Shown here: positions 50,963 to 59,054 of the stretch, one piece after another
Position numbering within the stretch: position 1 is the first letter of the stretch
How the letters are laid out: each line of letters opens with the position of its first letter
IMG/VR virus record: IMGVR_UViG_3300003324_000465
Span: 42,877 to 106,876 of that record
Reading direction: 5' to 3' (one strand)
Source of the DNA: a virus
DNA: 64,000 nucleotides
The notes under the pieces: generated by a model
Told to the model about the DNA's origin: nothing
Seen by the model: the letters and a program-made list of their open reading frames with translations, nothing else
The model's database searches: none
Made by a program: the position numbers and the translations under genes

Positions 50963-51026
50963 TTGCGAGCAATTATTTGTAAAGTGTACGTTACTGTGTG
51001 CTGTATCTCTCAAAGGATGAATATAT

Positions 51027-51103
51027 GCCCGTATAGCCAAACTGGATGAAGGCACATGTCTACGAAACATGTAATGTGGGTTCGAGTCCTGCTACGGGTG
51101 CCA
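51027..51103 (+). tRNA. tRNA-Arg(ACG)
   Basis: CATGT-CTACGAA-ACATG, CCA. Confidence 0.9.
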
Positions 51104-51248
51104 ATTGATACAATACTATCATCATATTTCTCTATGCGGCCAATAGAGCCAAAAAGATATTTATTATCTTTTCCATAAACCATAAAAAAATGAATAGGTT
51201 TCATCATGTCAGTGATTATTCTGATTTATTAGAAGCATTAAATTTTGT

Positions 51249-51326
51249 GCCGTAATAGCAAAAGCTGGCTTTGCAGGGGCCTTTTAAGCCTTTTAAACGC
51301 GGGTTCGATTCCTGCTTACGGCACCA
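51249..51326 (+). tRNA. tRNA-Lys(TTT)
   Basis: GGGGC-CTTTTAA-GCCTT, CCA. Confidence 0.85.
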
Positions 51327-51436
51327 CTCATCCATGGAGTTTATCAATCATTTGTACATGGAGTAGTTATAAAAATAGTTGACTTCTATAATAATGCCCC
51401 GCAGATTATTATAGTCGTAATTACTTAGCGGGATAT

Positions 51437-51512
51437 GCCAGATTAACCTTATGTGGTAAAGGTTCTGTTTGAAGCACAGAAATAACGTGTTCGAGTCACG
51501 TATCTGGCACCA
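51437..51512 (+). tRNA. tRNA-Phe(GAA)
   Basis: TCTGT-TTGAAGC-ACAGA, CCA. Confidence 0.88.
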
Positions 51513-51647
51513 CGGAAGGCAATTATTTGTTATATCAAAATATACTGTCTGATCAACGGTATATGGAGATATGGCGGTATCTGATCAATATAGCGCATAG
51601 TTCTAGCGTAATGCTAGAATATATGGCAAATAAACCTTCAGTATTAT

Positions 51648-51723
51648 ACCAGTATAGCACAATTGGTAGTGTAGCAAGCTGTTAACTTGTATTGTCTAGG
51701 TTCGATTCCTAGTGCTGGTGCCA
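51648..51723 (+). tRNA. tRNA-Asn(GTT)
   Basis: GCAAG-CTGTTAA-CTTGT, CCA. Confidence 0.9.
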
Positions 51724-52045
51724 ATAATAGTATTGTTGATACATTTGAAAGTATAGTGGGCGGCTGAATATAAAGGCTTATCGTGTGAAAATAACGATAG
51801 CAATACTATTTTTATATACTGGTATACAAAATTGGTGATGTATATGTATAGTAAATTTATTCTACTGTTTCGGCGGAAGCATTACTTGTAACATGAATAA
51901 AGCCAGTATTTAATAACATAAATAATAATATGCTATCATTGTCCAAATGGAGATAATTGCTTTATATATGCTCTAAAAAGTGTATTTGTGCAGTGTTGAC
52001 ACGTTGAATAATTCGCGGGCAATTTATAAAAAAAGGATGTATGTT

Positions 52046-52312
52046 ATGAGATTGTATGATTTTATATTGTTACATGGAGATATTGAAGATTACATCGATT
52101 TTGGCTATAGCCTTAATAGTAATAGTAGTATAGAAGAGCGTGTAAATTATATTTTGGAACGATCTAAGTTTCAGAGTCTACTTAATACACTAGAATTATT
52201 AGCTTCGTTAAACACAACAAATGAAGTTGAACGTAGTTTATTGCTCGCGTCATATTCAAAGACAATTACATTAAAATCTATTTGCATAAAGTTTGGATGG
52301 ACTCTGAAATAA
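52046..52312 (+). CDS. hypothetical protein
   Basis: AAGGA SD upstream of MRLYDF. Confidence 0.55.
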   Translation: MRLYDFILLHGDIEDYIDFGYSLNSNSSIEERVNYILERSKFQSLLNTLELLASLNTTNEVERSLLLASYSKTITLKSICIKFGWTLK

Positions 52313-52341
52313 TAATCCGCGAATTATGAGAGGATATTGCT

Positions 52342-52512
52342 ATGTTAGATAAAGCAATTAAACACGGTAAAGAAAAACGTAAACCATATCGTAAATCTAA
52401 GGCATTTGATAAGTCTTGTCGTAATCATGGATATTGCCCATACTGCCGTAATAATAGACTTTTTAAGAATAAAATGCGCGCACTTATTACAAAAGATGAT
52501 ATAGAGGAATAA
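52342..52512 (+). CDS. small basic Cys/His phage protein
   Basis: Hand translation MLDKAIKHGKEKRKPYRKSKAFDKSCRNHGYCPYCRNNRL; GAGG SD; below the ORF-track cut-off. Confidence 0.7.
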   Translation: MLDKAIKHGKEKRKPYRKSKAFDKSCRNHGYCPYCRNNRLFKNKMRALITKDDIEE

Positions 52513-52515
52513 ATT

Positions 52516-52701
52516 ATGGTGATGGAAACAATGCTTATACATTATGGAGTTAGAGGGACTATTAAACTGTTAATAGCTGCATGCTGGAAAAAACATGAAC
52601 ATTACAAACCCCTAGAATCAGTGTTTTCGATATGGGCTAAAATACTTGAAAAGCACTTAGACTTAATGTATGAAGAATATCAAGAAAAGTTTAATCTTTA
52701 A
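52516..52701 (+). CDS. hypothetical protein, paralog A
   Basis: Closely similar to 52749..52931. Confidence 0.65.
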   Translation: MVMETMLIHYGVRGTIKLLIAACWKKHEHYKPLESVFSIWAKILEKHLDLMYEEYQEKFNL

Positions 52702-52748
52702 ATAAAATATGTGTACTTATTACAAAAGATGATATAGGATAATAGATA

Positions 52749-52931
52749 ATGGAAAACATGCTTATACAACATGGAGTTAAAGGAGTTATTAGATTACTTA
52801 TTATTGCTTGCTGGAAGCGACATGAACACTATGTGCCGCGTGAATCTGTCTTTTCTATATGGGCACGTGTATTAGAAAAATATATCGATCTTATAGAGCA
52901 AGAAGCTAAAGAAGGTATTAAGAACTTATAA
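52749..52931 (+). CDS. hypothetical protein, paralog B
   Basis: Shares ACWK.HEHY.P.ESVFSIWA..LEK with paralog A. Confidence 0.65.
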   Translation: MENMLIQHGVKGVIRLLIIACWKRHEHYVPRESVFSIWARVLEKYIDLIEQEAKEGIKNL

Positions 52932-52932
52932 T

Positions 52933-53006
52933 GCTACCATCGTCTAAAGGTAAGACTCTTCTCTGATATAGAAGGTATTGCAGTTCAAATCTGTATGGTA
53001 GTACCA
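52933..53006 (+). tRNA. tRNA-Ile(GAT)
   Basis: CTTCT-CTGATAT-AGAAG, CCA. Confidence 0.85.
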
Positions 53007-53120
53007 TGAGCGAGCTAGATATGTTGAAGTGGAGCATACTATAGTTTATGCATATTGACATGTGTGTAAACTTGATATATTTATATGTCAGCGTGAATAT
53101 ATTGCCCGCGAATTATATAT

Positions 53121-53194
53121 GCGTCTTTCGTATAATGGAAGTACAATAGTTTCTCAAATTATAAATAGCAGTTCAATTCTGCTAAGACGTACCA
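53121..53194 (+). tRNA. tRNA-Glu(CTC)
   Basis: ATAGT-TTCTCAA-ATTAT, CCA. Confidence 0.85.
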
Positions 53195-53588
53195 TTATTA
53201 TATAGGTTGAGCAAAGAATAAATATTTGCTGAAAACACCTAGATGTAAGTTGCATAAGGATTTCCAATAAATGATTTTTACTTATGTGTAATTGGAATAC
53301 AGTGCTCAATTGCTCGAATACGTGACTCGTCAAATCGTATAAGAGTAATATGACGCCTATAGTATTGACGATTGCTATAGGTTTGAGAAGTCTTACACAT
53401 CCTATATAATAGACCATGGCTAGTTTTGTATCCTCTGGCATTTAAATGAAAAGGGATACGTATAAGAGCACATAATAATGCGCGGCGATTATTATAGGAT
53501 TATATGACGTAAATACATCATCTATGATCGTGTATTTACGTAAGTGGCATAGCGTTAGCTTAGAGTATATAATTCGCGCTCTTTATAT

Positions 53589-53663
53589 GCGCTTGTAATG
53601 TAATTGGTAACATGTCAGTCTTCCAAACTGAAATTCAGAGTTCAAATCTCTGTAGGCGTACCA
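53589..53663 (+). tRNA. tRNA-Gly(TCC)
   Basis: TCAGT-CTTCCAA-ACTGA, CCA. Confidence 0.88.
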
Positions 53664-53739
53664 GTATACTCATATAGGTCTTTTTTCTTATTGTTAATCG
53701 ACTGTAGCGATATGATTTCTCAGCTTGTATGTGTATCAT

Positions 53740-53814
53740 GCTCCCTTCGTACAAAGGCTAGTACAAAAGTTTTACATACTTTTAATGGCAGTTCGATTCT
53801 GTCAGGGAGTACCA
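53740..53814 (+). tRNA. tRNA-Val(TAC)
   Basis: AAAGT-TTTACAT-ACTTT, CCA. Confidence 0.88.
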
Positions 53815-53967
53815 TAGCATCTGTATCTAGCTAGTACAGAAGTGAAGCCTTTCAAAGTACACGAAAGGAACGTATATTGATATATGAAGGTGTTACGCCT
53901 ATTCGTAGCTAGTCCCTTGAAGGGGATTATAGTATAAGTAGTGAGTATGTCATATATCCTTATATAT

Positions 53968-54041
53968 GTCTCGTTAGCATAAAGGCCATGCACATATCTG
54001 CAAAATATGACATATCAGTTCAATTCTGATACGAGACTCCA
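53968..54041 (+). tRNA. tRNA-Cys(GCA)
   Basis: CATAT-CTGCAAA-ATATG, U73, CCA. Confidence 0.9.
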
Positions 54042-54081
54042 ATAAATAAAATGCGGGCAGTTTATTATGAAAGGAAACAGT

Positions 54082-54324
54082 ATGTACACGTTCAAAACAA
54101 TAGATGGTAAGGAGATTAAAATTCGTGATGTTATTGCTTATAACTCACGACGCGGTTTAGCTGTTGCTAAAGTTGTAGGATTTGTATATAAGCTAGATAG
54201 CTACAATAATAAGACTGTATCAACAATGCAAGTGCGTAGAATGAATAAATATCCTGATACAAAGCTTGCTTATTCAAAAACATCTCTTACAACTAAAGCG
54301 CAATGTGTTATCTTGGAAAGCTAA
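54082..54324 (+). CDS. hypothetical protein
   Basis: AAGGA SD before MYTFK. Confidence 0.6.
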   Translation: MYTFKTIDGKEIKIRDVIAYNSRRGLAVAKVVGFVYKLDSYNNKTVSTMQVRRMNKYPDTKLAYSKTSLTTKAQCVILES

Positions 54325-54369
54325 ATTCATTATTGCTGTCTATTATGCTTATAGTGCTAGGAAACGAAT

Positions 54370-54711
54370 ATGAAAGCGTTTATAGAATTACTTAATCCTA
54401 AAAATAACCAGAGAAAGAAGTTTGAAATAGATGTTATTGCTGAGAGCAAAGGACTAATATTACACAAGCGTGCATCAATAGATCATGAGGGTAACGTATA
54501 TTATCCTGAAAGGCAAGGCTATGTTATTTCCCATAGTGCTACAGGATGGTTTCTTATTATGAATAAAACATTGAAAAGTATTAAAGCGACTTTTCATGTA
54601 TTATCAGAGTTACCTATAGATTGGTCATTAGAAAGACCGCTAAATAATTTGCCCGTAGATATACGTCAAAAAATAGCAGAAATACGATCAAAATTTCATA
54701 CACAAATATAA
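54370..54711 (+). CDS. hypothetical protein
   Basis: AGGA SD, 113 aa. Confidence 0.6.
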   Translation: MKAFIELLNPKNNQRKKFEIDVIAESKGLILHKRASIDHEGNVYYPERQGYVISHSATGWFLIMNKTLKSIKATFHVLSELPIDWSLERPLNNLPVDIRQKIAEIRSKFHTQI

Positions 54712-54724
54712 TATAATATACTAT

Positions 54725-54889
54725 GTCCTTATAGCATAGAGGTAATGCACATATCCTACAGCGATGTAGATGCAAGATATGGTCATATTTGAGAGTAGAT
54801 GCTAACGTGTGAGTAAGTGATCATAATGTTCAGCGTATGCAGTATGGTAGATAATATGCAGAGGGTTCAAGTCCCTTTTAAGGACTCCA
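54725..54889 (+). ncRNA. 165-nt tRNA-Cys-derived RNA with two insertions
   Basis: GTCCTTA/TAAGGAC-T-CCA acceptor, D arm, CATAT..GCAAG.ATATG, T arm; extra hairpin in the anticodon loop and about 80 nt in the variable region. Confidence 0.7.
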
Positions 54890-55307
54890 CTTCGGTTTTT
54901 ACCGAAACTATGTATATAGTTTAAGTAGCATTGTTCTATATACATAGAAAAACCATGCTTCAAGTTGCTGGATTTCTCTAAACCAGTAGTAATCTAGTTG
55001 AAGGTATCCTATAAACCTTATCGTAAACATCTAAGCGTTAGTATGATGTAAGTTGTAAATGTATAAACTCAAATTTACAAGCACATATATAGTTTTATCA
55101 AACCGTTCTATATGTGTGTTAAAACGGAACCGTTGCTTACTTACGTAAATGTATGACATTGCGGGAGCAATCAAAATATCCGCTGTTCTGAGCTTGCAGA
55201 AGGTTTTATTGCATTTATATCCTTAATAGATTGCACGCGAAAATCTAAGCGTAATAAGAGATGTAAGTTAGTGGGTATGATAAACTGAAACCTACTCTTT
55301 ATAATAC

Positions 55308-55379
55308 GGGCGCAATTTATTAGTAGAATGCACATAGTAACTCTATGAGGCGACGGTGCGAATCCGTATGTGTCCACCA
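55308..55379 (+). ncRNA. tRNA-like RNA with a 5-nt anticodon loop
   Basis: GGGCGCA/TGTGTCC-ACCA, CATAG-TAACT-CTATG, ACGG-TGCGAAT-CCGT. Confidence 0.55.
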
Positions 55380-55829
55380 AAGCATGGTAATACATGCTCA
55401 CAGTATAATAACGGCGGCATTGAATGAGTTCTAGCATAAAGGATAGGATGCCTTTATGGTATAGATAAATAAGATATGACCAGCTAGTAAAGAAGGTGTT
55501 ATACTGTTTGAAGCCGGTTATAGTTGCAACCTTTATGTATCTTTTAGTCAAAGCCAGTGGTTATAGCATTGCTTTATGAGACTGGATAACGTTAATAGCG
55601 TTGAAGTGAGCATGCAACAGAAAAAGACAATATACATAAAGATAATCGGCGGGGGTAAAATATCAGGGACAAGTATTATATCTGGACAGATACATGCCGG
55701 ATATATGGGAGACATTAGGATGCTGAACGGCCTAATTACCTGATATAGTTGTATGCACTTTATCACTGTATGCGTCAAAGTGATATATAATCTGCGCGCA
55801 GTTTATTAGCTGCTATAAAGCAGATATAT

Positions 55830-55907
55830 GCGTATCTACTCCAATAAGGTAGAGAGAACTGTTTCAAAAACAGTAAAGTATCGGTTCGAGTCCGTTGATA
55901 CGTACCA
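55830..55907 (+). tRNA. tRNA-Leu(CAA), short variable loop
   Basis: ACTGT-TTCAAAA-ACAGT, CCA. Confidence 0.85.
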
Positions 55908-55930
55908 AAATCATTATATAAGAGGTAAAT

Positions 55931-56119
55931 ATGTTTATTATCTATGGTCGTTATAATGAAAATGCTACATATACTGATAATTTTATGTGGGATTTATCAG
56001 AAGCAAAAGAATATGTGAACAAAATTGCATGTGAAAATGAGCATAAAAATGTAATCCAGTATGAAGTACATGATAGTGATGGCTTACAATATGCAGTAAG
56101 AGCTGGTGAATGTAAATAA
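55931..56119 (+). CDS. hypothetical protein
   Basis: GAGG SD. Confidence 0.6.
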   Translation: MFIIYGRYNENATYTDNFMWDLSEAKEYVNKIACENEHKNVIQYEVHDSDGLQYAVRAGECK

Positions 56120-56125
56120 CTATAT

Positions 56126-56200
56126 GCCCTATTTCGTCTAATGTAGGACATCAGCAGTGAGAAAGCTGAAAACGCTGGACAAATCCAGCTATGGGCACCA
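56126..56200 (+). ncRNA. tRNA-like RNA with a 9-nt anticodon loop
   Basis: GCCC/GGGC-ACCA, GTCT/GGAC D arm, TCAGC-AGTGAGAAA-GCTGA, T loop lacks TTC. Confidence 0.55.
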
Positions 56201-56330
56201 TTGTGTTATGTATAAAATTAGCTATGCAAAACGTGTTATTTCTATGTGAAGCACTACTATAATCATAGAAACCAGCGCTGATGCCGCTTATATCTATGTA
56301 GTACGGATATAAGACATAACACTAAATTAT

Positions 56331-56408
56331 GCACGTATAGCCCAATTAGGTAGAGGCAACACGTTTAGACCGTGTATAGTGTAGGTTCGAGTCCTATTAC
56401 GTGTACCA
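56331..56408 (+). tRNA. tRNA-Leu(TAG), short variable loop
   Basis: ACACG-TTTAGAC-CGTGT, CCA. Confidence 0.88.
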
Positions 56409-56709
56409 GTATAGTTGTATAAAATTGCTTATGTATCCGTATGTCCACTAAACTAATGTGTGCTGATAGGGTTTAGTCTATGCGGTGCGGCGCGTACAGT
56501 ACACAGCACACTGTTACGACAACTATATAAAGATATTCCCTAAAAATATTCTATAAGCAATTATGGGTATCAGAATACCAGATTGCAAAATTCATCAATT
56601 CTGAGCCTTCCTGTAAAATAGGCATTATTTTATACAGCATTACAAAGCCGTAAAATAATCAAAGAAATAATATAAAAATAAAGCAGGCTTATAGAAAACT
56701 GATAAAAAT

Positions 56710-56754
56710 CTTAACCAATTTTCTATGGACAACCTACGGAAAGCATGCTATACT
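56710..56754 (+). promoter_or_regulatory. sigma-70 promoter with upstream CTTAAC box
   Basis: TGGACA(56726)-N17-TATACT with extended TG; spacer resembles that of the 45618 promoter. Confidence 0.65.
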
Positions 56755-56875
56755 GCTCTCAAATAATTCGCGGGCGCTTATTAAGAAATGATAATACGAT
56801 GGATGTGACATGGCTTTTTGTAGGATTAGGTATTGTGTTTTTGTCTTGGATAGATTGAAGAAGGATAAATAAGTT

Positions 56876-57112
56876 ATGATTGTTGTTATTGACGATGTTA
56901 ATGGATATTGGAAAAAAGAAAAAGGATGGTCTGTTAATTTGACTGATGCCGCTACTTTTTCTTCTTCTACTAATATTCCAGAAAATTTAATCAATATTTG
57001 GCGCGCATCGTATAATTCTAATGTGTATGTGCTTCCTATTGAAGCTGCAAAACCAGATTCAAAAGATGTAGATTTATCGTTAGCTACATACATACATAAA
57101 ATACAAATTTAA
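56876..57112 (+). CDS. hypothetical protein
   Basis: AAGGA SD; GWSVNLTDAATF resembles motifs in 62472.. and 63207.. Confidence 0.55.
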   Translation: MIVVIDDVNGYWKKEKGWSVNLTDAATFSSSTNIPENLINIWRASYNSNVYVLPIEAAKPDSKDVDLSLATYIHKIQI

Positions 57113-57179
57113 TCCTTTGTGTATAGATAGCATCATTATGATATGATATACTATTTGTACTGTAGTGAAAAGGATTACC

Positions 57180-57611
57180 ATGCTAGGGAAACAAATAGAT
57201 CAAAATACAGCATGTACACTTATAGCTTTGGATGATATGTTTGAAGCTACGGGTATTCAATGGGGTCAAGATTTTCTTGAGGATTATTTCTTAGAACAGG
57301 GTAACATCGGCTTTGATATAAAACATTTTTATCTTATTGAAGAAAGCGCACCAATTAAACTTTTTCAGAGTGCTGGCGGTGATTTTACATCTATGTGGTA
57401 TCAAGGTGATCTATATTGGACTTTGATAGATAACAATACAGGTATAAGATACAGAATAGGTAAGAACACTAAAATTGTACTTACTTATAAAGATAAATTA
57501 ATTGTGCATTCTGTATGTATTCCTGCACATACCGTAAATAACTATTTAAATCATTTTGAATTTGTTGCTTTATTCTTACCGTTATATGGTTTAATCGTAG
57601 ATAATATATAA
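57180..57611 (+). CDS. hypothetical protein
   Basis: AAGGA SD before MLGKQ. Confidence 0.6.
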   Translation: MLGKQIDQNTACTLIALDDMFEATGIQWGQDFLEDYFLEQGNIGFDIKHFYLIEESAPIKLFQSAGGDFTSMWYQGDLYWTLIDNNTGIRYRIGKNTKIVLTYKDKLIVHSVCIPAHTVNNYLNHFEFVALFLPLYGLIVDNI

Positions 57612-57637
57612 TCTGTGGGCGAATTATAAGAAAGGAT

Positions 57638-57829
57638 ATGTTTATGACGATGGAAGACTATGCAATTAAATCATTCAAAGTAGATCAACAAGAAGGTGAG
57701 TGGACTAAAGATATGCAATTCTACGATTTACCAGAAGAAGAAATTTATCTGTATTGGGAAGAAGCTTTAGCATACCTCAGATTACCTGAAGAGGAATGGA
57801 TAGATTTTGCTTTCTATGGAGTAGAATAA
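57638..57829 (+). CDS. small acidic protein
   Basis: Asp/Glu- and aromatic-rich 63 aa. Confidence 0.55.
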   Translation: MFMTMEDYAIKSFKVDQQEGEWTKDMQFYDLPEEEIYLYWEEALAYLRLPEEEWIDFAFYGVE

Positions 57830-57853
57830 ATAAACGGCGCGCAATTATTATAT

Positions 57854-57925
57854 GGGGTGTTAGTGATAATGGGAGCACGTAATACTTGCAATATTACAGA
57901 AACGGATCGTAACCGTTACACTCCA
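57854..57925 (+). tRNA. tRNA-Ala(TGC)
   Basis: G3.U70 pair, TAATA-CTTGCAA-TATTA; followed by CTA rather than CCA. Confidence 0.85.
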
Positions 57926-57944
57926 CTATTTAGAAAGGTGATAT

Positions 57945-58190
57945 ATGCTGGATGATGATTATATATACTATGCTGTAACTGTACTAGCTTATAATGTGCA
58001 TACAGGCGAAGTTGTTATAGGGACAACATGTGGTCGAAGCCCTAAAAATAATGTTTCTAAGTATGATAGAGAGGAATCATTACGACAATCTCTATTGAAA
58101 CACGCTAAAAAAGATTTTCCTGAACAGCATTTTTATGGACATAAAGTATTAATATGTGAAATACCAGAAGAAGGGTTTCAAGATTTATGA
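57945..58190 (+). CDS. hypothetical protein
   Basis: AAGGTG SD, coupled to the next ORF. Confidence 0.55.
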   Translation: MLDDDYIYYAVTVLAYNVHTGEVVIGTTCGRSPKNNVSKYDREESLRQSLLKHAKKDFPEQHFYGHKVLICEIPEEGFQDL

Positions 58191-58372
58191 AACACAATGC
58201 AATCGAGTCTATTTTTGCAGTTGATCAGCGTGTTAAAGTTATTAAAGGTGATTATTCAGGTAAAGAAGGCGTTATTCAGCGTTTAGGAGCAGCAGGATCA
58301 GTAATTTATGTACATGTCCTATTGGACGGTGCTATTACAGTTTTGACCTTTAGTGAAAGTCATTTAGAATGA
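58187..58372 (+). CDS. KOW-motif small protein
   Basis: DQRVKVIKGDYSGKEGVI. Confidence 0.6.
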   Translation: MKHNAIESIFAVDQRVKVIKGDYSGKEGVIQRLGAAGSVIYVHVLLDGAITVLTFSESHLE

Positions 58373-58560
58373 AAACTTATTTTGTACGTTTAATCGAATA
58401 CGAAGGTAAGAACAGGGTAATTAGAGAGGCTATTGAAATCTACGCGGATCACTATGATGTAGATGGTAACAATAATCTTATATTTTATGGTACACAGGAA
58501 GATAAGTCTACGTTTGTAATTATGTACCATTCATATAATTGGTTTTCTGTGGAATTATGA
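58369..58560 (+). CDS. hypothetical protein
   Basis: ATGA-coupled ORF. Confidence 0.55.
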   Translation: MKTYFVRLIEYEGKNRVIREAIEIYADHYDVDGNNNLIFYGTQEDKSTFVIMYHSYNWFSVEL

Positions 58561-58994
58561 TTAAAAAGTGTACTAAATGTGGTATTGAGAAAGCTGAATC
58601 TGAATTTAATTGGAGAAATAAATCAAAGGGTGTACGTCAATTTGCTTGTAGGGTGTGTACTAAATTAGAGGTAAATGCAACTAGGAAAGATTTGGATGGT
58701 AAAATTAAACCTAAATATTCATATCCTAGTAAAGTTAAAGAAAGAAAACGCCAGTTAAGATTATGGCTGCAAACTAAAAAGAAATCTCTATCTTGTATTA
58801 TTTGTGGATTTTCTCATCCAGCAGCATTAGATTTTCATCATCGCAACCCTAGTAATAAGACCATAGAAATAACAACAGCTATAGAACATGGATACTCGAT
58901 AAATAAGCTTGAAAAGGAAATAGCTAAATGTGATGTTCTTTGCTCTAATTGTCATAGAATATTACATTATAATGAACGCGGCGGTATCGTTTAA
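58557..58994 (+). CDS. HNH endonuclease
   Basis: KKCTKCG, CIICG..ALDFHH, EIAKCDVLCSNCHRILH. Confidence 0.9.
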   Translation: MIKKCTKCGIEKAESEFNWRNKSKGVRQFACRVCTKLEVNATRKDLDGKIKPKYSYPSKVKERKRQLRLWLQTKKKSLSCIICGFSHPAALDFHHRNPSNKTIEITTAIEHGYSINKLEKEIAKCDVLCSNCHRILHYNERGGIV

Positions 58995-59054
58995 TGGCAA
59001 GGACAATTGCCTTTCAAGCAATGAATTGGAGTTCGATTCTCCATACCGCTACCA
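58980..59054 (+). tRNA. tRNA-Glu(TTC)
   Basis: ATTGC-CTTTCAA-GCAAT, CCA; overlaps the HNH stop. Confidence 0.88.

Noticed and set aside
51932-51960. GCTATCATTGTCCAAATGGAGATA as another tRNA
   Set aside because: Resembles only the 5' part of tRNA-Ile at 52933; no T arm or acceptor partner follows
55157-55190. ATTGCGGGA...ATCCGC resembling group I intron P/Q elements
   Set aside because: No convincing P3/P7 or flanking exons found
55830-55907. UGA suppressor tRNA(TCA) and stop-codon recoding
   Set aside because: The stem ACTGT/ACAGT centres the loop on CAA; the 61318 tRNA with anticodon TGA is Ser; long genes are intact in code 11 and the two broken ones are explained by introns
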